Shown in pieces: positions 14,697 to 23,113 of a stretch of 35,962 nt of DNA. A program made the position numbers and the translations under genes. The first letter of the stretch is position 1; each line of letters opens with the position of its first letter. The notes under the pieces were generated by a model that saw only the letters and a list, made by a program, of their open reading frames with translations, was not told the DNA's origin and did not search any database. Origin of the DNA: Patescibacteria group bacterium (GTDB lineage: Bacteria; Patescibacteriota; Patescibacteriia; Magasanikbacterales; JBBTXJ01); contig JBBTYK010000009.1 in assembly GCA_038061815.1 (NCBI GenBank), positions 4,335 to 40,296 on the forward strand, in the 5' to 3' direction.

Positions 14697-14972
14697 ATGA
14701 CCATCCGACCACTCGGAAACAGGGCGCTTGTGCGTCCGCTTGAGGAGGAGAAAGTGACTGCATCAGGCATCGTAATGCCGGACACGGTTGACCGCGAAAA
14801 GAAAATTGAGGCCGAGGTTGTCGCGCTCGGCGATGGCGAAAAACTCGCGAAATTGAATTTAAAAGTCGGCGACCGCGTCATTGTTGAAAAATGGGGCGGG
14901 GAAGAAGTGAAACTGAATGAAAAAGAGCACAAAATCGTCAGTTTTCTGAAAATTTTAGCGGTTATTGAATAG
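14697..14972 (+). CDS. groES: Co-chaperonin GroES
   Basis: IRPLGNRALVRPLEEEKVTASGIVMPDT...VGDRVIVEKWGG. Confidence 0.97.
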   Translation: MTIRPLGNRALVRPLEEEKVTASGIVMPDTVDREKKIEAEVVALGDGEKLAKLNLKVGDRVIVEKWGGEEVKLNEKEHKIVSFLKILAVIE

Positions 14973-16619
<1,647 letters not shown>

Positions 16620-16634
16620 GATGTGTGTAACGTG

Positions 16635-16665
16635 CAACAGGCCCCACCCGGGGCCTGTTGTTTTT
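16635..16665 (+). terminator. Rho-independent terminator after groEL
   Basis: caacaggcccc pairs with ggggcctgttg around loop accc, then TTTTT. Confidence 0.85.
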
Positions 16666-16709
16666 GAGGATTGATTTACCGGCTCGGGGCACGCCTTTCT
16701 CCCGCGCTA

Positions 16710-16739
16710 TTGACAAACACCGGGCTTTTGTTTTAATAG
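16710..16739 (+). promoter_or_regulatory. Promoter of the orphan 84-aa gene
   Basis: TTGACA (16710-16715), 18-nt spacer, TAATAG (16734-16739). Confidence 0.5.
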
Positions 16740-16808
16740 TAAGTCCAAGCCCAGTCTGGTTTGGATGGTGCTTTGCACCGTTATCAACCTACACAAGGAG
16801 AGCCAGTC

Positions 16809-17063
16809 ATGGCAGACGTGAAGTTCGCTGATAGTGGACATGTGGAGTCCTTGGAAAGATTCGGGTACTGCGCCTTTCGACTGACAAAGGAAGAGCGCGA
16901 ATGCTTTCATCCAGAGATCGGGCGGGTCATCCATCTTCTGCTCGACGACTCGACGCGCGGACGACGTGTCGCAGTCCGACTGGTCGCAGACCAGGAGGAG
17001 CAGGATGGTGGGTGTACATCCATCTACGCGGCCGCGGTTTCCGTCTTCAAGTACAACGAGTAG
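16809..17063 (+). CDS. Hypothetical protein (84 aa), orphan
   Basis: AAGGAGAG lies 6 nt before ATG 16809 and TAG is at 17061-17063. It has its own promoter and terminator. No family recognised. Confidence 0.55.
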   Translation: MADVKFADSGHVESLERFGYCAFRLTKEERECFHPEIGRVIHLLLDDSTRGRRVAVRLVADQEEQDGGCTSIYAAAVSVFKYNE

Positions 17064-17092
17064 TGGGGCGAACAACCGCCACAGTTCATCAT

Positions 17093-17127
17093 GCGCCATT
17101 CGAGATTTCTCGGATGGCGCGTTTTTT
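17093..17127 (+). terminator. Rho-independent terminator
   Basis: gcgccattcgag pairs with ctcggatggcgc (12 bp, one G-U) around loop attt, then GTTTTTT. Confidence 0.85.
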
Positions 17128-17137
17128 GTCCCGATAC

Positions 17138-17166
17138 ATGACAAATCACGCGAGTTCGTGTAGTGT
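17138..17166 (+). promoter_or_regulatory. Possible prfB promoter
   Basis: ATGACA, 17-nt spacer, TAGTGT. The predicted start falls at the left arm of the inverted repeat. Confidence 0.35.
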
Positions 17167-17169
17167 AGT

Positions 17170-17333
17170 AGGGGGCTGTCGCCGAATGCCATTTCAACTG
17201 CAATCGCATAATTTCGGCCATAATTGCCTCAAAACTTTTCGGCTTATCGCCTATAAGCCTCAAAATTTATTCGGCAATTCTGTCTCGAAATTCTGCGATT
17301 TCGTTATGAAAGCGCATTCGGCGACAGCCCCCT
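17170..17333. repeat. 164-nt rod-like inverted repeat (MITE-like element or structured prfB leader)
   Basis: The 20-nt arm agggggctgtcgccgaatgc (17170-17189) is the perfect complement of gcattcggcgacagccccct (17314-17333). The AT-richer interior is again an imperfect palindrome (aatcgcaTaatttcg.../...cgaaattCtgcgatt) with apical hairpin ggcttat/ataagcc. Confidence 0.8.
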
Positions 17334-17335
17334 GT

Positions 17336-18430
17336 ATGACTCCCAAAGAACTGACAACCGAACTTGAGGCGTTGCAAAAAGCGGTTCGCGAGAACCGCGC
17401 TTTGGTGCGTCCGGATGAAAAGGAGCGCGAGATAGCGGAACTGGAGCGTGAGATGCAGAAACCGGATTTTTGGAAACATAATGAGCAGGCGCAGAGCGTA
17501 TCACAGCGTCATGCGCATCTTCGCGCGGAACTGTCGCTCTGGGAAACGCTTGAGAAAGAAGTGGGCGACCTTTTGGCGCTCGCCATAGAAGCGGGCGATG
17601 ATGCCGCGCTTGCATCAGATATTGAAAAACAAACCGCGGAACTCCGCGCGCGTTTTGAGCGCATGTCCGTAACACTGCTTTTGAACGGCCCGCACGATGA
17701 GCGGAACGCCATTATCGCGATTCACGCTGGCGCGGGCGGCACGGAAGCGCAGGATTGGGTGGGTATGCTGTATCGCATGCTGATGCGATACGCCGAACGC
17801 CGCGGATGGAAAACCACGGTAGTGGATGAGCACGAGGGCGCGGAGGCGGGATATAAATCCGTGGTGTTTGAGGTGCAGGGCGCGTCTGCGTACGGGTATT
17901 TGAAATCCGAAAACGGTGTACATCGGCTGGTGCGCATTTCGCCGTTTGACGCGGAAAAAATGCGGCATACGTCGTTTGCGATGGTGGAGGTTTTGCCGGA
18001 ATTGGATGACGCGGCGGAGGTGAAGATTGACGAGAAGGATTTACAGGTTGATACGTTCCGTTCCGGCGGCAAAGGCGGGCAGAATGTAAACAAAGTGGAG
18101 ACCGCAGTGCGCATTACGCATGCGCCGAGCGGCATTGTTGTGTCATGCCAGACCCAGCGTTCGCAGTTGCAGAACCGTGAAAGCGCTATGAAAGTTTTGC
18201 GCGCGAAATTATACGCGGCGGAACAGGAGAAAAAGGCAAAAGAAAAAGCGGATGTGCGCGGCGAGTTTCAGAGCGCGGAATGGGGAAGCCAGATTCGTTC
18301 CTACGTGCTCCATCCGTACCAGATGGTAAAAGACCATCGCACCGAGCACGAAACGCAGGACACCGCGGGCGTGCTGGACGGGGATTTAGACGCATTTACC
18401 GAGGCGTATTTGCGGTGGAGGAGAGGATAA
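17336..18430 (+). CDS. prfB: Peptide chain release factor 2 (single uninterrupted frame)
   Basis: RISPFDAEKMRHTSF (SPF motif) and [24 protein letters not shown] (GGQ). ATG 17336 gives an N-terminus of normal length (PDFW at residues ~43-46). The ORF-track start 16901 is an upstream open-frame artefact. Confidence 0.93.
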   Translation: MTPKELTTELEALQKAVRENRALVRPDEKEREIAELEREMQKPDFWKHNEQAQSVSQRHAHLRAELSLWETLEKEVGDLLALAIEAGDDAALASDIEKQTAELRARFERMSVTLLLNGPHDERNAIIAIHAGAGGTEAQDWVGMLYRMLMRYAERRGWKTTVVDEHEGAEAGYKSVVFEVQGASAYGYLKSENGVHRLVRISPFDAEKMRHTSFAMVEVLPELDDAAEVKIDEKDLQVDTFRSGGKGGQNVNKVETAVRITHAPSGIVVSCQTQRSQLQNRESAMKVLRAKLYAAEQEKKAKEKADVRGEFQSAEWGSQIRSYVLHPYQMVKDHRTEHETQDTAGVLDGDLDAFTEAYLRWRRG

Positions 18431-18440
18431 GGGAGTAGAT

Positions 18441-18469
18441 TTGACGTCCAAAATAGGGTGTGCTATAAA
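18441..18469 (+). promoter_or_regulatory. Strong promoter of the orphan 240-aa gene
   Basis: TTGACG (18441-18446), 17-nt spacer ending in TGc, TATAAA (18464-18469). Confidence 0.65.
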
Positions 18470-18490
18470 TACCCCCTTGCTCTTTATATT

Positions 18491-18542
18491 GAAGTAAGGG
18501 GAAGAAAGCGCGTCAACGAGCGTGTTTTCTCCCCCTTACTTC
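18491..18542 (+). other. ~52-nt near-perfect hairpin in the 5' leader of the 240-aa gene
   Basis: gaagtaagggg (18491-18501) pairs with ccccttacttc (18532-18542). The stem continues as agaaagc/gttttct after one mismatch. No T tract follows. Confidence 0.6.
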
Positions 18543-18597
18543 ACCAACAGTTCGTCACTGCCAGAGGGGGCGCGGGTAGGGACGAAGGGGAGGGCAC

Positions 18598-19320
18598 ATG
18601 CCCGCCATCTACCAGCCGCTCAAGCCCCCCAAGCTCTTGGGGCGCTTGGGCTACGTCTGTGGCCGGGTCATTCTGGAGAATGGCCATGCCTTCGTCGCCT
18701 ACACGTTGGACTGGATCGAGAGCGAACTTCGGAAGGCGATGGAGAAGAAGGACGAGGACAGTGAGCCGCTCGGGAGCCACGCCGAAGCCAAGGATGTGCT
18801 GGCGGCGGCGTGTAGCGCCGGTATGGCGGCGTCCATCGCCGTGATCCGGGAACGGGTTTCCCGGCTCGCGACGGACCTGCCACCGCATGTGGATATGGAT
18901 GATTGGGGTTTTGAGATGTGCAAGGATTCAGGGTGCCGTCTTCCGGTTTTGCACGGCAGGTTTCTGAAGGGGGAGAAGATCCAGCCGATGGCAACCTTTG
19001 GGGAGGCGTTTGCCTTCTGCTGGCAGGTCACGGAGGATGGGTTGATGACCACGGATCAGGCCGTGCGTCTGCTCAACCAGGCCGGCGAGTTGCCGCTGGA
19101 CAGGGCGGATCTCGCGCAGCGGTGGGATGCCCTGCCAGAGGAGGATTTCAAGCGGATCGTGCGTGAGCGGACGGCGCAGTTTGCGGAGCGGCTCGGTGGC
19201 ATGGTCCTCCTGGATCGGGAGGATTCCAAGGGGCATCGTCTGACCGCGATCGGCCTCGGTCTGCCGCCCGAAGTCGCCCGTGTGCTCGGGGAGCTGGTTC
19301 GCGAGCCCAGTGACGACTAG
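18598..19320 (+). CDS. Hypothetical protein (240 aa), orphan
   Basis: AAGGGGAGGG precedes ATG 18598. The sequence is protein-like and acidic, with no motif I recognise. By eye it prefers ATC/TTC/AAG codons more than neighbouring housekeeping genes do. Confidence 0.7.
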   Translation: MPAIYQPLKPPKLLGRLGYVCGRVILENGHAFVAYTLDWIESELRKAMEKKDEDSEPLGSHAEAKDVLAAACSAGMAASIAVIRERVSRLATDLPPHVDMDDWGFEMCKDSGCRLPVLHGRFLKGEKIQPMATFGEAFAFCWQVTEDGLMTTDQAVRLLNQAGELPLDRADLAQRWDALPEEDFKRIVRERTAQFAERLGGMVLLDREDSKGHRLTAIGLGLPPEVARVLGELVREPSDD

Positions 19321-19342
19321 CCCGCAACGAGGGTAAAAGTGT

Positions 19343-19386
19343 ACGGAGTCATGACGCGATACAAACGCACCGTGACTCCGTTTTTT
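19343..19386 (+). terminator. Rho-independent terminator
   Basis: acggagtcatg pairs with cgtgactccgt (about 10 bp) around a 17-nt loop, then TTTTTT. Confidence 0.8.
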
Positions 19387-19411
19387 GTTTATGGTACTGT
19401 TGATAGTGCCT

Positions 19412-20002
19412 ATGATTCTGGTTTCGCCTACAGAAATTCCACGCGCCATTTCACACCTGCAAAACGGCGGCGTGGTGGTGTACCCTACTGAAAGTTCCTA
19501 CGGCATCGGATGCATGGCGAGCAATGTGGCGGCGGTGGCGCGGGTGTTTGCGTTGAAACAGCGTCCGTTTGAGAAAATTTTGCCGTTGATTATTGGTTCG
19601 GTTGATGAAGCGAAGCGTTTGATTGTGTGGTCGCCGGTTGCGGAGAAGCTGGCAACGGAATACTGGCCCGGGCCGCTCACGATTGTGGCGCCGGCAACCG
19701 CGGTTGGGAGAGGGCTTGCGCCGGGTATCCTGGCGCCGGACGGCACGATTGCGCTGCGCATTTCGCCGCATCCGGTGGCGCGCGCGCTGGTTGATGCCGT
19801 CGGGCCGATTATTTCAACGAGCGCAAATTTGAGCGGCGCGCCGGCGTGTTTTGATGTGTCGTCCGTGAAGTCATGGATTGGCAACGCCGAGGATGTCATG
19901 GCGATTGACGCCGGCGCATTGCCGCGCGATTTGCCGTCAACCATCGTGCGTATCACCGATACGGGTTATGAAATACTCCGAAAAGGTCAGGCAGTTGTGT
20001 AA
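19412..20002 (+). CDS. tsaC: L-threonylcarbamoyladenylate synthase, YrdC-domain only (TsaC)
   Basis: VVYPTESSYGIGC, KQRPFEKILPLII, WPGPLTIV, ISTSANLSGAP. ATG 19412 (context CCTATG) is preferred, because TTG 19385 and ATG 19391 lie in the upstream terminator's T tract. Confidence 0.9.
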   Translation: MILVSPTEIPRAISHLQNGGVVVYPTESSYGIGCMASNVAAVARVFALKQRPFEKILPLIIGSVDEAKRLIVWSPVAEKLATEYWPGPLTIVAPATAVGRGLAPGILAPDGTIALRISPHPVARALVDAVGPIISTSANLSGAPACFDVSSVKSWIGNAEDVMAIDAGALPRDLPSTIVRITDTGYEILRKGQAVV

Positions 20003-20789
20003 GGATTATCGCGTGTATCCGGAAAAAACGCGCGGGCAGCATTTTTTGATTGACGACCAGTATGTGAAACGGATGGCGGACGCTTCAGGTATTACGAACA
20101 ATGATGTGGTGGTTGAAGTGGGGCCTGGATGGGGCATCTTGACCGAGGAATTGGCAAAACGCGCGGGGAAGGTGATTGCGATTGAGATTGAGGAGAAGAT
20201 GACATCGTATTTATACGATGTCATCCTGAGGGCCGCAGACCCGAAGGATCCCGCGTCGGTGCAGCGACCAGACGGGATTCTTCGCTTCGCTCAGAATGAC
20301 CGTTTAGAACTCCGGCACGGGGATGTGCGGCGGTTTTGGGACCAGATGCCCACGGAGCCGTATCACGTCATTGCCAACATTCCGTACCACATTACATCAC
20401 AGATTATTCGCGGTTTTTTGGAAAAAACGCCGCGAGCGCCGGAGCAAATGGTGCTCATGCTGCAAAACGAAGTGGCGGACAGAATTATCGCCAAGCCGGG
20501 CGACATGACCATGCTTTCGCTTTCGGTGCAGTGGTACGGCAAACCCAAAAAAATATTTCGCGTGCCGCGCGGCGCGTTTTGGCCGTCGCCGGAAGTGGAT
20601 TCCGCGGTGATTCAGATTACGGATATCAAGCGGCCGCCACCTGAAGAAACGAAGGCGGTACTCGCGCTTGCCAAGCGCGCGTTCGCGCAAAAACGCAAAC
20701 AGTTATCTTCTTCACTTGGTATTGCCTCCACTGCACGTCCGCAGGAATTGAGCATTGCGGATTGGCGCCGCCTTGCCGGCCGTGCTTGA
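19968..20789 (+). CDS. rsmA: 16S rRNA (adenine1518/1519-N6)-dimethyltransferase RsmA/KsgA, carrying a 27-codon repeat-element insertion
   Basis: GQHFLIDDQYV, VVEVGPGWGILTEEL (motif I), ANIPYHITSQII. ATG 19968 overlaps the tsaC 3' end by 35 nt. Confidence 0.9.
   Translation: MKYSEKVRQLCKDYRVYPEKTRGQHFLIDDQYVKRMADASGITNNDVVVEVGPGWGILTEELAKRAGKVIAIEIEEKMTSYLYDVILRAADPKDPASVQRPDGILRFAQNDRLELRHGDVRRFWDQMPTEPYHVIANIPYHITSQIIRGFLEKTPRAPEQMVLMLQNEVADRIIAKPGDMTMLSLSVQWYGKPKKIFRVPRGAFWPSPEVDSAVIQITDIKRPPPEETKAVLALAKRAFAQKRKQLSSSLGIASTARPQELSIADWRRLAGRA
20220..20300. repeat. Hairpin-module doublet (ATCCT + ATTCT boxes) inserted in frame in rsmA
   Basis: gtcATCCTgag-ggg..ccc-gaAGGATc ... gggATTCTtcgcttcgctcAGAATgac. 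81 nt, exactly 27 codons, translating as VILRAADPKDPASVQRPDGILRFAQND. Confidence 0.85.
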
Positions 20790-20828
20790 TTTTCTGCGTC
20801 GGTACCAGTACCATACGTACACTTTGCT

Positions 20829-23111
20829 ATGCCTACCTCGGCACCCTTTGCCGCATACTATAAATCCGCGTTGCTGTGGCTCGCGCGCACCGCGGTTATT
20901 TTTTCGCTTACCACGCCGCTCATCGTGCTGTCGGATTCGGCCATTTTTCCTTTTGTGACGGGAAAGGCGTGGTTTTTTCAGAGCACGATGGTTGTTGCCG
21001 CCGTAGCGTGGGGCCTGCTGATGCTCGTTGATGCCGCGTATCGGCCGCGTAGGCATCCGCTGCATTTCGTTGTGCTCGCGTTTATGCTCGCGGCGCTCAT
21101 CAGCACGGTTGCCGGCGTTGACGCGCATCGTTCATTTTGGGCGAACCACGAACGCATGATAGGTTCCTTTTTTGTGTTGAATCTCGGAGCGCTCTACTTT
21201 GTGGCGACGAGCGTGTTCGCCGCGAAAGAGTCGTGGCGACGTGTATGGAAATATTTTTTGGCCGCCGGCGCGCTCATTATCGCAAGCGCGATTATTCAGC
21301 ACTGGCGTCCTGATTTTCTCTACGGCGGCGAGCGCGCCGCGAGCACGCTGGGCAATCCGCTGTACATGGGATTGCATGCGGTGTATGTGGCGGCGATTGC
21401 GGCGCTCGTGTGGCTGGAGTCGCGCGCGACGGTTGCATCGCGATGGAAGCGATGGGGTACCGTTGGCGTTGCGTTGCTCATTGCGTTGTCCTTGGTCGCG
21501 TTTATTTTCGCGGAAACGCGCGGCGTGGCGCTCGGATTGGCGGCGGCATTCGTGTGGGCGCTTGCGTGGATTGCGGCGGCGGGAGCGCGGCGATGGCAGC
21601 GCTGGAGCGCGCTTGGGATATTGATTGTCATTGCAGCCGGTATTGCGGCGGTGGTGTTGTTTAACACGCATCCGGCGCTCAATAACATTCCCATCGTGCG
21701 GCGGTTTGGCGGATTTACGCTTGGCGGCACGAACGCAAACCGTTTGTTTGCATGGAAGGTGGCGATACAGGCGTGGCAGGACCATCCGCTCTTTGGGTGG
21801 GGGCCGTTTAATTATGTGTACGCGTTTAACGAAAAATTGCAGGGAACGCAACTGGTGCACAATCAGTTTGGCGAAACGTGGTTTGACAACGCGCACAATT
21901 TTTTTCTGAATACGCTCGCCGAGCAGGGAATCGCGGGACTGCTTGCGTATGTGCTACTGCTTGTTACGCCGATTTTGCTGCTGGTGCGCGGGTGGTGGCG
22001 CGGCACGCTCGGATTTCCGCACATGGTGCTCATCACCGGATTGCTCGTCACGCACGCAGTGCAGAATATATTTGCGTTTGAACAGATTAGTTCATACGTC
22101 AGCTTGTTTGTCGTGCTGGGATACGTATCGGTATTGACCGCTCAACCGGCGGTGGCCGCAAACGGGCGGTCATTTTCGCGGTGGTCAATCGCGATGGTGT
22201 CGGTTTTGCTGGTGGCCGGCGGCGCGGTGGTGATGTATCGCGGGAGCATCGTTCCGTTTCGCGCGAACGTGCTGATGTTCAAGGGGCTTGAAGCGCTGGA
22301 GTATCAGAAAGACGCGAGTATTTGGTTTGTGACTGAACGACAGGCGATTGACCTCGGCGGCCCGTATTCGGACAACATCACGGAGGAATTGGCGCGGACG
22401 CTGTTGCGGATTCGGGTGCCGGATGAAAAATATCGCAATGATGTGGTTCAGATTTTTAAATACACGATTGCCCGCCTTGAGGACGCAACGCGCCGCCATC
22501 CGCGCGACCCGGTGTATCACATGCTTTTGGGCGAGGTGTGGTACGGCGCGTACGGGTTTTTTAAGGATGAGTTCCCGCACGGGCTGGAGCTCGGCGATAA
22601 GGCGTTTGAAGAATCAATCCGGCAATCGCCGGAGCGGCAGCAGCTCTACTTCATTTGGGCGCAGCATGCCGCGCAAGGCGGTAATCTGGTTAAAGGCCTT
22701 CAGTTGATGTTGAAAGCGCGCAGTTTTGCGCCGCATTCCGCGTTTGTGTTGCGCATGTACGCGGATTATTTGCAGAACGGGAATATCAATCAGCGCGATG
22801 CCGCATGGGCGCGGTTGCTCGCGATTAGATTATCGCCGGAGCTGTTTACGCCTTTTAACGATGAGGAAATTTCTTTCAACGCCATACGATGGGTGAGCGC
22901 GCAGTTGGGCGTTGAACGACTCCGCGGGCTCTTGGCTTGCATGGGCCACGCGACGGATGCATCCTGTCCGCCGTATCAGCTTGGTTCGTATGTGCCGAGC
23001 GATAAAATGTTTCAGGTGCTGGTCGGATATGCGAAAGAGCAGAAGGATGCGGCGCGTGTTGCGGAGTACCGCGCAATCGCGAAACAATATTATCCGGATA
23101 AAACATTTTAA
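20829..23111 (+). CDS. O-antigen ligase (Wzy_C)-like polytopic membrane domain fused to a C-terminal TPR-like helical-repeat domain (760 aa)
   Basis: The N-terminal ~440 aa has many TM helices with GNPLYMGLHAVYV, AETRGVALGLAAAF and LFGWGPFNY. The C-terminal ~300 aa is soluble, helical and repeat-like. Confidence 0.85.
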   Translation: MPTSAPFAAYYKSALLWLARTAVIFSLTTPLIVLSDSAIFPFVTGKAWFFQSTMVVAAVAWGLLMLVDAAYRPRRHPLHFVVLAFMLAALISTVAGVDAHRSFWANHERMIGSFFVLNLGALYFVATSVFAAKESWRRVWKYFLAAGALIIASAIIQHWRPDFLYGGERAASTLGNPLYMGLHAVYVAAIAALVWLESRATVASRWKRWGTVGVALLIALSLVAFIFAETRGVALGLAAAFVWALAWIAAAGARRWQRWSALGILIVIAAGIAAVVLFNTHPALNNIPIVRRFGGFTLGGTNANRLFAWKVAIQAWQDHPLFGWGPFNYVYAFNEKLQGTQLVHNQFGETWFDNAHNFFLNTLAEQGIAGLLAYVLLLVTPILLLVRGWWRGTLGFPHMVLITGLLVTHAVQNIFAFEQISSYVSLFVVLGYVSVLTAQPAVAANGRSFSRWSIAMVSVLLVAGGAVVMYRGSIVPFRANVLMFKGLEALEYQKDASIWFVTERQAIDLGGPYSDNITEELARTLLRIRVPDEKYRNDVVQIFKYTIARLEDATRRHPRDPVYHMLLGEVWYGAYGFFKDEFPHGLELGDKAFEESIRQSPERQQLYFIWAQHAAQGGNLVKGLQLMLKARSFAPHSAFVLRMYADYLQNGNINQRDAAWARLLAIRLSPELFTPFNDEEISFNAIRWVSAQLGVERLRGLLACMGHATDASCPPYQLGSYVPSDKMFQVLVGYAKEQKDAARVAEYRAIAKQYYPDKTF

Positions 23112-23113
23112 AT

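Noticed and set aside
16901-17335. 145-codon N-terminal extension of the prfB ORF given by the ORF track
   Set aside because: The extension overlaps an independent ORF with a good RBS, a strong terminator (17093-17127) and the 164-nt inverted repeat. RF2 homology starts at ATG 17336.
20220-20300. Resemblance of repeat modules (…CUGAG-hairpin-CGAAG…, preceded by GUC) to a hammerhead ribozyme core
   Set aside because: The core CUGAnGA...GAAA is not satisfied: A9 and the GAAA are missing, and ATTGC-box modules lack CUGA altogether. I treat the similarity as superficial.
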